NCBI GenBank assembly: GCA_032718475.1
Contig: JAUCBJ010003249.1
Span: forward strand, 7,988 to 71,987
Direction: 5' to 3'
DNA from: Nemertoderma westbladi
Lineage: Eukaryota > Animalia > Xenacoelomorpha
DNA: 64,000 nt
This document shows, in pieces, positions 22,070-35,300 of this stretch. Positions within the stretch are counted from its first letter, which is position 1. The number at the start of each line of letters is the position of its first letter. Made by a program: the position numbers and the translations under genes. The notes under the pieces were generated by a model that did not search any database, had not been told where the DNA came from, and was given only the letters and a program-made list of their open reading frames with translations.

Positions 22070-23360
22070 CTATGTGAAATTGCAAATGTTGTAGCCCCTG
22101 AACGCAGATTAAATTAACTCCTAACCTGTCACGCCCTTGGTTCACAGCGGAATTAAAACTCATGCGTAATAAGAAACGAGCTTTGGAACATAAATTGAGA
22201 AAAAAATCGATCAGATCTCAACAAATCAATATATCGCAATCATTGCCTTGAGTAACTTGCTGCTCTCAAGTTTCCAGGGCGTATTATACTGAAAATCTGC
22301 CGACTACAAACACAAATGTCCTGTTCAAATACGTTAAATCATTATCTGCCCCCACTAATGTCCCTCCTCCCCAGCTCAATCCAACATACAAACCTGCGTT
22401 AATAAAATTAAACTTGAAATGGATAGGCTAAGACGTCCGTCCTAATACGTCCGACATTTTGCTAATTTGTAGGGGACAGGAGGGGACTATGTATCTTCTC
22501 ACTTCTCGGTTACGCTTGGAGGAAAACAAAATTTTGTCAAAATCATCAGTAACAACTCTTGGTGTTATTTTTGATAATGAGATTCGCACATAAACATATT
22601 TCTAAGATTGTTTCCTCAGTAAACTATCATCTCAGAAACATCAGCCACTTCAGACACCATCTAACTCAAGCTACACAACCCGTTTAGTTAATTCGTTAAT
22701 TATATCTAGACTCGATCAAAATAACTCTCTATTATACGGCCTCCCACAAGATGAAATCAACCGCCTACAAATGGTTCTAAACTCCTGTGCGCGTCTCGAG
22801 CCCACATTGTACAGACGCTCTGAAACATTGCACTGGCTGTCAATCAACTATCGCATAGGATACAAGATTGCATGCATCTTGTATATAAGATCAATAAATG
22901 GATGTGCACTAGTGTTTAAACGAGATCGGGATCCTGATCCCGATCCCGAAAAATGGGACCCCGAGAGTGATAATCCCGGTCCCTATCACGATCCCGGAAA
23001 TCCCGAAAAGTCTGATCCCGTTTAAAAACACTAATATGCACCTGATCTTACTAGCTCCAAATAACAATCCCACCCGAGAAACATATCTGTGGACTTTAAA
23101 GATACCCCGTTACAACCTAGTATCCTTGGCGCTCGCACCTTCTCTTACTCAGCACCTGTCGTTTTAATAGCTTACCACTATCCCTTAGAACTGAAACCGC
23201 TCTCAATACTTTACGGCGTGGTCTAAGAACTGAACTATTCAACAGGGCCTATCAGTAATACTCAGCTATATCGCTCTCCCAGTCTCCCAGCGCCTTCGAA
23301 CCTGACTTCATGGAGTTAGGGCGCTCTAATAATAACTGCTCATTATTATTATTATTATTC
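22070..23360 (+). mobile_element. Decayed L2/CR1-group LINE with 3' tail
   Basis: PWFTAELKLMR, LGVIFD, YHLRNI, LIISRLD..NSLLYGLP...RLQMVLNSCARL, LHWLSINYRI.YKI; 3' end AGCGCCTT...GGGCGCT followed by (ATT)n; multiple frameshifts. Confidence 0.8.
22910..23033. mobile_element. 124-bp hAT-like MITE nested in the L2 fragment
   Basis: TIRs TAGTGTTTAAACG / CGTTTAAAAACACTA, 8-bp TSD ATGTGCAC/ATATGCAC, internal ATCCCG repeats. Confidence 0.8.
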
Positions 23361-23504
23361 TGTAACAGATGATAGGATGAGATTTAGGGCAGTTGTAGAT
23401 AGATTAATCTCAAAGTGAACCTACCGGTATTTCAGTCATTATTATAATTTTATATAAAATAAAATTATAAAATTATATTATAAAATTATGGTGTTAAAAT
23501 TATT

Positions 23505-24120
23505 AAACTTGACAATAAGGCGGCAAGATGAGGTACGTGAGGTCTTTGGGGACCTCATTGCCTCTGCATTTGGGGGCGCCTGCGTCCAGCGTGACGTTAC
23601 CCTGGCGTCCGGTTACCTGGACAGACGGGGCCGAGAAGTGGGGGGAATTAGGGCGGATCTCCTGGCGAGAGGAGTCTGAACCGAGCAGAGGGTGGCGTCT
23701 TTCGATATTGCGTTCGTAAACGCCGACGCCCCTCATATGCTCACCGGCCCTTGGACTCTGTCCTCCAACAGAGAGTCCGAGCCAAGAAGGGGCACTACAG
23801 CGCGGTGTGCGAAGATAGAATGTTCTCCTTCACCCCCCTTGTCGGAACCACCGACGGGATGTGGTGCAAGGGAGACTGATATCTTCATCAGCCACCTCGC
23901 TGAGACCCTAATGACTCGGCGGCATGGGATGCGGGAACGTGGCCTTGCCTCCGTTCTCGGGGGAGTTCGGAGGCGGCTGCAGTTCGCTCTCCTCCGCTCA
24001 AACTCCCCTTTGTCTGCGTGGTGGCCGGCGACTATGGAGGGCGCTGGGCTTTGGAGATGGTGCGGGTCTGCGGGGCAATGACCTCGCAGACCGATATTAA
24101 ACCCTGATGCACCATTATTA
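23505..24120 (+). mobile_element. Second, diverged CRE-like RLE retrotransposon 3' fragment
   Basis: RRQDEVREVFGDL, GIRADLLARGV, FDIAFVNADAP, VRRRLQFALLRS; stops and frameshifts. Confidence 0.7.
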
Positions 24121-24716
24121 ATTGTATTGTTTTTGTTTTTAATTGTATTGTTCTGATTGGTGTTGGGATGTTGGTGCAGTTTTATATTTTAGTTTATTCT
24201 TATCGAGATGTCTCACTCGATTTATTATTTATTATAAAATTATAATTCGCTTATAAAATTATATTTGTTTTTTTTTCATAATTTTATACATTTTTACTAA
24301 ATTCAATAATGTTTTAATTATTAATGACAATCACGTAACATAATTAATGTTTAACATGACGTCCACACAATGTTGACCCATATGAAGTGTACCAGACTAT
24401 CTGCTTTATATTTCACTTTGCAGTTTACCCCATGTGAAGAATACCAAATGTTTTCACTAAATATCCAGGTTGCAGAAGGGCTGGTAACCAAAACAAAAAA
24501 CTAATTAGTATCTGTACAGGTTATAAGAAAGAAATAAGCCTAATAAAACACTTAAAAAAAGGAGAAATTTAGATAAATACAAATTCTTTATATATTCCAA
24601 TAAAATGTCATTCGATAAGTGAAAAAACCTGATATTATTCACTTGGGCGACAACGCTCAATAATTATTATATAATTAATAATTAATATTAAATTATAAAT
24701 TTATTTGTGATTTTAG

Positions 24717-25034
24717 GTCGATACGTTCAGCGTCAACTGGTCGGCAAAGATTTGTGGCACATTCCGTACGGCGAGGCGCGGGAGTTGACGCGAAACGGCT
24801 CGCTCGTCTGCGAACGATGGACCGCGACCTGCGATTCGTTGATCGCGGCCTGGCGCAAGTACTCCCCGCGTAAATGGCGCGAGGAGCCGCTCTCCGGGGA
24901 CATTGTCGGACAGTTGTCGAAGCGGTTGGAGCAGGTATCCCGTCTCAGGAGTGTCCACGAGCAGTTACTGCGACTGCTGTCTGCCGGAGAGAAACAGCAG
25001 ATGATCGCAACAGATCCTTACAGTCCCTTTATTG
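24717..25034 (+). CDS. DYNC2H1: DYNC2H1 coding exon 5
   Basis: TTTTAG| GRYVQRQL...CERW...LSKRLEQVSRLRSVHEQL...PF |GTGAGT. Confidence 0.93.
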
Positions 25035-25689
25035 GTGAGTTTCTACAACCAACAACCTTTATTTTATTTATAAGTTTTAAGATTACTTCACTACTTTATT
25101 TTACTGTTACTAAAGAAAATTTACAAAAGTAAAGTAAAGATAAAAAAATTAATTACTTCATGTCAGACATTTATCGACCTACTAACAATAATTATTTTCA
25201 CTAAATTTTAATAGGAAAATGATTCAGTTTCTACTAAGTATATTATCTCTATACGTTATATTCATATGTAAATATAATATTTTTAAAGTAATATAATATT
25301 ATAAATAAATATATTAGCAATAAAATCGATTAATTATTTAGTCTACGTAAGGGAAAAGAGCAGGTTACATTGGCACGTCATTCTAACCAAAACAATCAAC
25401 AAAAGTCAATAGGCAGATAGGGCAGTTGTAGACAGTTTCTTTTTTGATGAAGAAAAAATTATTTTTGTGTTAATTAATATATTTTAGTGGAAGAATGAGT
25501 GTCAACACTTTTGAAAAAAAAATTTAATTTATTGGAGAAAGCAATTATTGTTTTAGTGCGCAATAACATTAATGCCTTACTTTATGTCAACTGTTAGACA
25601 AAATACATAACTGCTAGCCCACTACCAACTACTTGGAGTTCATACCGCGAGCCTTACATGTCCTCATTAATGTGTTTGATTCCTATAAG

Positions 25690-25926
25690 GTTTGAACCCA
25701 CTGCAACCCAACCCGTACACTCAGCCGTTATGGAACGCCGCAGTCACTCAATACGAACGCGCGATGGAACCGGTAGAGAACACCGTCGCAGACAATCTAC
25801 GCAACGAAATACGCGCGATGGACGGCCAACCGCAGCAACTACTGCGAGAGTTTCAGCGGTACAAGGAGTTGGTTCAGAGACCAAACGTTAAAGAGAAACT
25901 CGTCGCCGAGAGGGAAACCTTACTGA
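25690..25926 (+). CDS. DYNC2H1: DYNC2H1 coding exon 6
   Basis: ATAAG| GLNPLQPNPYTQPLWNAAVTQYE...YKELVQRP...ERETLL; donor CTGA|GTTAGT (phase 1) joins in frame to exon 7. Confidence 0.92.
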
Positions 25927-25934
25927 GTTAGTCG

Positions 25935-28900
25935 ATTAGTTTGTTAGTTTAAAGTTAGTGTTGTTTGTTTGTTAGTTTGTTAGTTTAAAGTTAGTGTTGT
26001 TTGTTTGTTAGTTTAAAGTTAGTGTTGTTTGTTTGTTAGTTTAAAGTTAGTGTTGTTTGTTTGTTAGTTTGTTAGTTTAAAGTTAGTGTTGTTTGTTTGT
26101 TAGTTTAAAGTTAGTGTTGTTTGTTTGTTAGTTTAAAGTTGGTGTTGTTTGTTTGTTAGTTTATAGTTAGTGTTGTTTGTTTGTTAGTTTAAAGTTAGTG
26201 TTGTTTGTTTGTTAGTTTAAAGTTAGTGTTGTTTGTTTGTTAGTTTAAAGTTAGTGTTGTTTGTTTGTTAGTTTAAAGTTAGTGTTTTTTGTTTGTTAGT
26301 TTGTTAGTTTGTTAGTTTAAAGTTATTGTTGTTCGTTTGTTAGTTTAAAGTTAGTGTTGTTTGTTTGTTAGTTTAAAGTTAGTGTTGTTTGTTTGTTAGT
26401 TTAAAGTTAGTGTTGTTTGTTTGTTAGTTTAAAGTTAGTGTTGTTTGTTTGTTTGTTAGTTTAAAGTTAGTGTTGTTTGTTTGTTAGTTTAAAGTTGGTG
26501 TTGTTTGTTTGTTAGTTTATAGTTAGTGTTGTTTGTTTGTTAGTTTAAAGTTAGTGTTGTTTGTTTGTTAGTTTAAAGTTATTGTTGTTTGTTTGTTAGT
26601 TTAAAGTTAGTGTTGTTTGTTTGTTAGTTTAAAGTTAGTGTTGTTTGTTTGTTAGTTTAAAGTTAGTGTTGTTTGTTTGTTAGTTTAAAGTTAGTGTTGT
26701 TTGTTTGTTAGTTTAAAGTTAGTGTTTTTTGTTTGTTAGTTTGTTAGTTTAAAGTTATTGTTGTTTGTTTGTTAGTTTAAAGTTAGTGTTGTTTGTTTGT
26801 TAGTTTAAAGTTAGTGTTGTTTGTTTGTTAGTTTAAAGTTAGTGTTTTTTGTTTGTTAGTTTGTTAGTTTGTTAGTTTAAAGTTATTGTTGTTTGTTTGT
26901 TAGTTTAAAGTTAGTGTTGTTTGTTTGTTAGTTTAAAGTTAGTGTTGTTTGTTTGTTAGTTTAAAGTTAGTGTTGTTTGTTTGTTAGTTTAAAGTTAGTG
27001 TTGTTTGTTTGTTAGTTTAAAGTTAGTGTTTTTTGTTTGTTAGTTTGTTAGTTTAAAGTTAGTGTTGTTTGTTTGTTAGTTTAAAGTTAGTGTTGTTTGT
27101 TTGTTAGTTTAAAGTTAGTGTTGTTTGTTTGTTAGTTTAAGGTTAGTGTTGTTTGTTTGTTAGTTTAAAGTTAGTGTTGTTTGTTTGTTAGTTTAAAGTT
27201 AGTGTTGTTTGTTTGTTAGTTTAAAGTTAGTGTTGTTTGTTTGTTTGTTAGTTTAAAGTTAGTGTTGTTTGTTTGTTAGTTTAAAGTTAGTGTTGTTTGT
27301 TTGTTAGTTTAAAGTTAGTGTTGTTTGTTTGTTAGTTTAAAGTTAGTGTTGTTTGTTTGTTAGTTTAAAGTTATTGTTGTTTGTTTGTTAGTTTAAAGTT
27401 AGTGTTGTTTGTTTGTTAGTTTAAAGTTAGTGTTGTTTGTTTGTTAGTTTAAAGTTAGTGTTGTTTGTTTGTTAGTTTAAAGTTAGTGTTGTTTGTTTGT
27501 TAGTTTAAAGTTAGTGTTTTTTGTTTGTTAGTTTGTTAGTTTGTTAGTTTAAAGTTAGTGTTGTTTGTTTGTTAGTTTAAAGTTAGTGTTGTTTGTTTGT
27601 TAGTTTAAAGTTAGTGTTGTTTGTTTGTTAGTTTAAGGTTAGTGTTGTTTGTTTGTTAGTTTGTTAGTTTAAAGTTAGTGTTGTTTGTTTGTTAGTTTAA
27701 AGTTAGTGTTGTTTGTTTGTTAGTTTAAAGTTAGTGTTGTTTGTTTATTAGTTTAAAGTTAGTGTTGTTTGTTTGTTAGTTTATAGTTAGTGTTGTTAGT
27801 TTGTTAGTTTAAAGTTAGTGTTGTTTGTTTGTTAGTTTAAAGTTAGTGTTGTTTGTTTGTTAGTTTAAAGTTAGTGTTGTTTGTTTGTTAGTTTAAAGTT
27901 AGTGTTGTTTGTTTGTTAGTTTAAAGTTAGTGTTTTTTGTTTGTTAGTTTGTTAGTTTAAAGTTAGTGTTGTTTGTTTGTTAGTTTAAAGTTAGTGTTGT
28001 TTGTTTGTTAGTTTAAAGTTAGTGTTGTTTGTTTGTTAGTTTATAGTTAGTGTTGTTAGTTTGTTAGTTTAAAGTTAGTGTTGTTTGTTTGTTAGTTTAT
28101 AGTTAGTGTTGTTTGTTTGTTTGTTAGTTTAAAGTTAGTGTTGTTTGTTTGCTAGTTTAAAGTTAGTGTTGTTTGTTTGTTAGTTTAAAGTTAGTGTTGT
28201 TTGTTTGTTAGTTTAAAGTTAGTGTTGTTTGTTTGTTAGTTCGTTAGTTTGTTAGTTTGTTAGTTTAAAGTTAGTGTTGTTTGTTTGTTAGTTTAAAGTT
28301 AGTGTTGTTTGTTTGTTAGTTTGTTAGTTTAAAGTTAGTGTTGTTTGTTTGTTAGTTTAAAGTTAGTGTTTTTTGTTTGTTAGTTTGTTAGTTTAAAGTT
28401 AGTGTTGTTTGTTTGTTAGTTTAAAGTTAGTGTTGTTTGTTTGTTAGTTTAAAGTTAGTGTTTTTTGTTTGTTAGTTTAAAGTTAGTGTTGTTTGTTTGT
28501 TAGTTTTAAGTTAGTGTTGTTTGTTTGTTAGTTTGTTAGTTTAAAGTTAGTGTTGTTTGTTTGTTAGTTTATAGTTAGTGTTGTTTGTTTGTTTGTTAGT
28601 TTAAAGTTAGTGTTGTTTGTTTGCTAGTTTAAAGTTAGTGTTGTTTGTTTGTTAGTTTAAAGTTAGTGTTGTTTGTTTGTTAGTTTAAAGTTAGTGTTGT
28701 TTGTTTGTTAGTTTGTTAGTTTAAAGTTAGTGTTCTTTGTTTGTTAGTTTAAAGTTAGTGTTGTTTGTTTGTTAGTTTGTTAGTTTAAAGTTAGTGTTGT
28801 TTGTTTGTTAGTTTAAAGTTAGTGTTGTTTGTTTGTTAGTTTAAAGTTAGTGTTGTTTGTTTGTTAGTTTAAAGTTAGTGTTGTTTGTTTGTTAGTTTAA

Positions 28901-31077
28901 ATTTAGTGTTGTTTGTGTGTTAGTTTGTTAGTTTAAAGTTAGTGTTGTTTGTTTGTTAGTTTAAAGTTAGTGTTGTTTGTTTGTTAGTTTAAAGTTAGTG
29001 TTGTTTGTTTGTTAGTTTAAAGTTAGTGTTGTTTGTTTGTTAGTTTAAAGTTAGTGTTGTTTGTTTGTTAGTTTAAAGTTAGTGTTGTTTGTTTGTTAGT
29101 TTAAAGTTAGTGTTGTTTGTTTGTTAGTTTGTTAGTTTAAAGTTAGTGTTGTTTGTTTGTTAGTTTAAAGTTAGTGTTGTTTGTTTGTTAGTTTAAAGTT
29201 AGTGTTGTTTGTTTGTTAGTTTAAATTTAGTGTTGTTTGTTTGTTAGTTTGTTAGTTTAAAGTTATTGTTGTTTGTTTGTTAGTTTAAAGTTAGTGTTGT
29301 TTGTTTGTTAGTTTAAAGTTAGTGTTGTTTGTTTCTTAGTTTAAAGTTAGTGTTGTTTGTTTGTTAGTTTAAAGTTAGTGTTGTTTGTTTGTTAGTTTAA
29401 AGTTAGTGTTGTTTGTTTGTTTGTTAGTTTAAAGTTAGTGTTGTTTGTTTGTTAGTTTAAAGTTAGTGTTGTTTGTTTGTTAGTTTAAAGTTAGTGTTGT
29501 TTGTTTGTTAGTTTAAGGTTAGTGTTGTTTGTTTGTTAGTTTAAAGTTAGTGTTTTTTGTTTGTTAGTTTGTTAGTTTAAAGTTAGTGTTGTTTGTTTGT
29601 TAGTTTAAAGTTAGTGTTTTATTTGTTTGTTAGTTTAAAGTTAGTGTTGTTTGTTTGTTAGTTTGTTAGTTTAAAGTTAGTGTTGTTTGTTTGTTAGTTT
29701 AAAGTTAGTGTTGTTTGTTTGTTAGTTTGTTAGTTTAAAGTTAGTGTTGTTCGTTTGTTAGTTTAAAGTTAGTGTTGTTTGTTTGTTAGTTTAAAGTTAG
29801 TGTTGTTTGTTTGTTAGTTTAAAGTTAGTGTTGTTTGTTTGTTAGTTTAAAGTTAGTGTTGTTTGTTTGTTAGTTTAAAGTTAGTGTTGTTTGTTTGTTA
29901 GTTTAAAGTTAGTGTTGTTTGTTTGTTAGTTTAAAGTTAGTGTTGTTTGTTTGTTAGTTTAAAGTTAGTGTTGTTTGTTTGTTAGTTTGTTAGTTTAAAG
30001 TTAGTGTTGTTTGTTTGTTAGTTTAAAGTTAGTGTTGTTTGTTTGTTAGTTTGTTAGTTTAAAGTTAGTGTTGTTCGTTTGTTAGTTTAAAGTTAGTGTT
30101 GTTTGTTTGCTAGTTTAAAGTTAGTGTTGTTTGTTTGTTAGTTTAAAGTTAGTGTTGTTTGTTTGTTAGTTTAAAGTTAGTGTTGTTTGTTTGTTAGTTT
30201 AAAGTTAGTGTTGTTTGTTTGTTAGTTTAAAGTTAGTGTTGTTTGTTTGTTAGTTTAAAGTTAGTGTTGTTTGTTTGTTAGTTTAAAGTTAGTGTTGTTT
30301 GTTTGTTAGTTTAAAGTTAGTGTTGTTTGTTTGTTAGTTTGTTAGTTTAAAGTTAGTGTTGTTTGTTTGTTAGTTTAAAGTTAGTGTTGTTTGTTTGTTA
30401 GTTTGTTAGTTTAAAGTTAGTGTTGTTCGTTTGTTAGTTTAAAGTTAGTGTTGTTTGTTTGTTAGTTTAAAGTTAGTGTTGTTTGTTTGTTAGTTTAAAG
30501 TTAGTGTTGTTTGTTTGTTAGTTTAAAGTTAGTGTTGTTTGTTTGTTAGTTTAAAGTTAGTGTTGTTTGTTTGTTAGTTTGTTAGTTTAAAGTTAGTGTT
30601 GTTCGTTTGTTAGTTTAAAGTTAGTGTTGTTTGTTTCTTAGTTTAAAGTTAGTGTTGTTTGTTTGTTAGTTTATAGTTAGTGTTGTTTGTTTGTTAGTTT
30701 AAAGTTAGTGTTGTTTGTTTGTTAGTTTAAAGTTAGTGTTGTTTGTTTGTTAGTTTATAGTTAGTGTTGTTTGTTTGTTAGTTTAAAGTTAGTGTTGTTT
30801 GTTTGTTAGTTTATAGTTAGTGTTGTTTGTTTGTTAGTTTAAAGTTAGTGTTGTTTGTTTGTTAGTTTATAGTTAGTGTTGTTTGTTTGTTAGTTTAAAG
30901 TTAGTGTTGTTTGTTTGTTAGTTTATAGTTAGTGTTGTTTGTTTGTTAGTTTAAAGTTAGTGTTGTTTGTTTGTTAGTTTAAAGTTAGTGTTGTTTGTTT
31001 GTTAGTTTAAAGTTAGTGTTGTTTGTTTGTTAGTTTAAAGTTAGTGTTGTTTGTTTGTTAGTTTAAAGTTAGTGTTG
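25935..31077 (+). repeat. 28-bp GT-rich satellite (GTTAGTGTTGTTTGTTTGTTAGTTTAAA), roughly 175-180 copies, filling DYNC2H1 intron 6
   Basis: Directly visible; nearly C-free on the sense strand; variants add GTTAGTTT or GTTT. Confidence 0.98.
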
Positions 31078-31443
31078 CCTATCTGCATACCTATAATGTC
31101 TAACCTTCCGAAAACGGTATTTAATAGCCTCTGCTTTTTAGTGCTCAAGTTTGAAGCAACTTAAGGTACTGAATGGTAAAAAGTTAATTCAAAAAATTTA
31201 AGTAATAAATTCTTCAAAATGCCCCAAAAGCCTATTAATTTTCTGCCTGTGATTTTTGTAGTAAATTATTCAGTTGAAATACTAAAAATTATATTTATGA
31301 GGGAATAACCATAAATTTGGGCCGTTTTGAAAATCAGACGTTCATCAATTTATTATTAAGAACAATATTTTTGAACATGACGGCGTTATAAATATTATAT
31401 ATTTTATACTTATATTATATATATATATATTATTTTTTATTAG

Positions 31444-31676
31444 GCCAATTATCCGTATACATCGACAAACTCCGAGAGGACTTCAACCAAGCCTCGACCG
31501 GTGGTCCCGGACAGGAGGCTAACAATGTCCCAGAGGTTGTTAACCTCATCATCTACGTACGGCAGTTGGAGGGTAAAGTTGGGGAAACATTGGGGATAGC
31601 TGAGCAGTTACTAGGCGATCTCGGCCCCTTCAAACCCTTCAGACGAAGCGCCCTTGAGCTCCAAGATGAACTGCAG
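31444..31676 (+). CDS. DYNC2H1: DYNC2H1 coding exon 7 (not in ORF track)
   Basis: TTTATTAG| (S)QLSVYIDKLREDF...NVPEVVNLIIYVRQLEGKV...ELQDELQ |GTAGGT. Confidence 0.92.
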
Positions 31677-31848
31677 GTAGGTGATTAGTCCGACAGTGCT
31701 TCGTAGCATAGTAGCCGGCTATTTATTACCGTCGTTCTAAATTAACCTCTTCTTCTCTTTCCTACAGTATAACTGTACGCCGGTATGTCAATGTCGCAAC
31801 CAATGAACTACGTTTAGTTTATTTGAGTGTTTCTTTATATATTCGTAG

Positions 31849-32079
31849 GTTTATCGGAGAGAGCAGTTCGATATTTGGTCCAGAGAGACTCTGCAAGCCA
31901 TAGCAGACCCCGATCAGCCACTGAGTCTGCACACCAGCGGTAGACTGATGAGTCTGTCTACCAAGGACGGAAAGCTTCGGGTCTCCTACAGCGAGAGACT
32001 GGTCTCCTTACTGAGGGAGGTCCGTATACTCGTTGCTATGGGATTCCCGATTCCAGCCAAGATTACTCATACCTCGGAG
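31849..32079 (+). CDS. DYNC2H1: DYNC2H1 coding exon 8 (not in ORF track)
   Basis: CGTAG| VYRREQFDIWSRE...DGKLRVSYSERLVSLLREVR..GFPIPAKI |GTAATT. Confidence 0.93.
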
Positions 32080-32177
32080 GTAATTTTCTTCTTCTAACTC
32101 AACTGTTTTGTGAACGTCGGTGTGCTAGCTCGCTATGATTATCTTATTGCTTCGATTATTATCTTGTATTTCCCAAG

Positions 32178-32360
32178 GTTGCCCAGAAGTTTTACCGCCA
32201 TGGAATTATATTGAAGCAAGTCGCTCATTTCTACAACACAATCGATCAGCAGATGATACATAGCCAGAAACCCATGATGCTCGATGCCGCCTTAGCGTTC
32301 GAGAAAATTGTTAAGAATCCAAATACCACGAGTAAGAATGAAGGTGGTGACAAAGTACAG
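32178..32360 (+). CDS. DYNC2H1: DYNC2H1 coding exon 9 (gene continues beyond the window)
   Basis: TCCCAAG| VAQKFYRHGIILKQVAHFYNTIDQQMIHSQKPMMLDAALAFEKIVKN...GGDKVQ |GTGGGT. Similarity to recalled DYNC2H1 stops exactly here; the next expected residues are ITWDNP-like. Confidence 0.93.
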
Positions 32361-35300
32361 GTGGGTTGTATATGGAGTATCTCTATGGTGACAAAGTACA
32401 GGTGGGTTGTATATGGAGTATCTCCATGGTGACAAAGTACAGGTGGGTTGTGTATGGAGTATCTCTATGGTGACAAAGTAACGGTGGGTTGTATACGGAG
32501 TATCTCCATGGTGACAAAGTACGGGTGGGTTGTATATGGAGTATCTCTCTCTATGGTGATAAAGTACAGGTGGGTTGTGTATGGAGTATCTCTATGGTGA
32601 TAAAGTACAGGTGGGTTGTGTATGGAGTATCTCTATGGTGATAAAGTACAGGTGGGTTGTGTATGGAGTATCTCTATGGTGATAAAGTACAGGTGGGTTG
32701 TGTATGGAGTATCTCTCTCTATGGTGACAAAGTACAGGTGGGTTGTATATGGAGTATCTCTATGGTGACAAAGTACAGGTGGGTTGTGTATGGAGTATCT
32801 CTATGGTGATAAAGTACAGTGGGTTGTGTATGGAGTATCTCTATGGTGATAAAGTACAGGTGGGTTGTGTATGGAGTATCTCTATGGTGATAAAGTACAG
32901 GTGGGTTGTGTATGGAGTATCTCTATGGTGATAAAGTACAGGTGGGTTGTGTATGGAGTATCTCTATGGTGATAAAGTACAGGTGGGTTGTGTATGGAGT
33001 ATCTCTATGGTGATAAAGTACAGGTGGGTTGTGTATGGAGTATCTCTCTCTATGGTGACAAAGTACAGGTGGGTTGTATATGGAGTATCTCTATGGTGAC
33101 AAAGTACAGGTGGGTTGTGTATGGAGTATCTCTATGGTGATAAAGTACAGTGGGTTGTATATGGAGTATCTCCATGGTGATAAAGTACAGGTGGGTTGTG
33201 TATGGAGTATCTCTATGGTGACAAATTACAGGTGGGTTGTATATGGAGTATCTCCATGGTGACAAAGTACAGGTGGGTTGTGTATGGAGTATCTCTATGG
33301 TGATAAAGTACAGGTGGGTTGTGTATGGAGTATCTCTCTCTATGGTGACAAAGTACAGGTGGGTTGTATATGGAGTATCTCCATGGTGACAAAGTACAGG
33401 TGGGTTGTGTATGGAGTATCTCTATGGTGACAAAGTACAGTGGGTTGTATATGTAGTATCTCTATGGTGATAAAGTACAGGTGGGTTGTATATGGAGTAT
33501 CTCTATGGTGACAAAGTACAGGTGGGTTGTATATGGAGTATCTCTATGGTGACAAAGTACAGGTGGGTTGTATATGGAGTATCTCCATGGTGACAAAGTA
33601 CAGGTGGGTTGTGTATGGAGTATCTCTATGGTGACAAAGTACAGTGGGTTGTATATGGAGTATCTCTATGGTGATAAAGTACAGGTGGGTTGTGTATGGA
33701 GTATCTCCATGGTGACAAAGTACAGGTGGGTTGTATATGGAGTATCTCTATGGTGATAAAGTACAGGTGGGTTGTGTATGGAGTATCTCTATGGTGACAA
33801 AGTACAGGTGGGTTGTATATGGAGTATCTCTCTCTATGGTGACAAAGTACAGGTGGGTTGTATATGGAGTATCTCTCTCTATGGTGACAAAGTACAGGTG
33901 GGTTGTATATGGAGTATCTCTATGGTGATAAAGTACAGTGGGTTGTATATGGAGTATCTCTATGGTGACAAAGTACAGGTGGGTTGTGTATGGAGTATCT
34001 CCATGGTGACAAAGTACAGGTGGGTTGTGTATGGAGTATCTCTATGGTGACAAAGTACAGGTGGGTTGTATATGGAGTATCTCTATGGTGATAAAGTACA
34101 GGTGGGTTGTGTATGGAGTATCTCTCTCTATGGTGACAAAGTACAGGTGGGTTGTATATGGAGTATCTCTCTCTATGGTGACAAAGTACAGGTGGGTTGT
34201 ATATGGAGTATCTCTATGGTGATAAAGTACAGTGGGTTGTATATGGAGTATCTCTATGGTGACAAAGTACAGGTGGGTTGTATATGGAGTATCTCTCTCT
34301 ATGGTGACAAAGTACAGTGGGTTGTATATGGAGTATCTCTATGGTGACAAAGTACAGGTGGGTTGTATATGGAGTATCTCTATGGTGACAAAGTACAGTG
34401 GGTTGTATATGGAGTATCTCTATGGTGACAAAGTACAGGTGGGTTGTATATGGAGTATCTCTCTCTATGGTGACAAAGTACAGTGGGTTGTATATGGAGT
34501 ATCTCTATGGTGACAAAGTACAGGTGGGTTGTATATGGAGTATCTCTCTCTATGGTGACAAAGTACAGTGGGTTGTATATGGAGTATCTCTATGGTGACA
34601 AAGTACAGGTGGGTTGTATATGGAGTATCTCTCTCTATGGTGACAAAGTACAGTGGGTTGTATATGGAGTATCTCTATGGTGACAAAGTACAGGTGGGTT
34701 GTATATGGAGTATCTCTATGGTGACAAAGTACAGTGGGTTGTATATGGAGTATCTCTATGGTGACAAAGTACAGGTGGGTTGTATATGGAGTATCTCTCT
34801 CTATGGTGACAAAGTACAGTGGGTTGTATATGGAGTATCTCTATGGTGACAAAGTACAGGTGGGTTGTATATGGAGTATCTCTATGGTGATAAAGTACAG
34901 TGGGTTGTATATGGAGTATCTCTATGGTGACAAAGTACAGGTGGGTTGTATATGGAGTATCTCTCTCTATGGTGACAAAGTACAGTGGGTTGTATATGGA
35001 GTATCTCTATGGTGACAAAGTACAGGTGGGTTGTATATGGAGTATCTCTATGGTGATAAAGTACAGTGGGTTGTATATGGAGTATCTCTATGGTGACAAA
35101 GTACAGTGGGTTGTATATGGAGTATCTCTATGGTGATAAAGTACAGGTGGGTTGTGTATGGAGTATCTCTATGGTGACAAAGTACAGGTGGGTTGTATAT
35201 GGAGTATCTCTATGGTGATAAAGTACAGGTGGGTTGTATATGGAGTATCTCTATGGTGATAAAGTACAGTGGGTTGTATATGGAGTATCTCTATGGTGAC

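Noticed and set aside
25935-31077. Telomeric repeat or array of 6-nt TTTAAA microexons (TTAG|TTTAAA|GTTAGT)
   Set aside because: No TTAGG/TTAGGG units and the position is intronic. Intervening 22-nt introns would be too short to splice and there is no evidence for inclusion.
32345-32430. Intron created de novo by tandem duplication of an exonic AGGT proto-splice site
   Set aside because: The 25 nt after the junction translate to VGCIWSIS, not the expected ITWDNP-like continuation, so they were already intronic. A final check needs the far end of the array.
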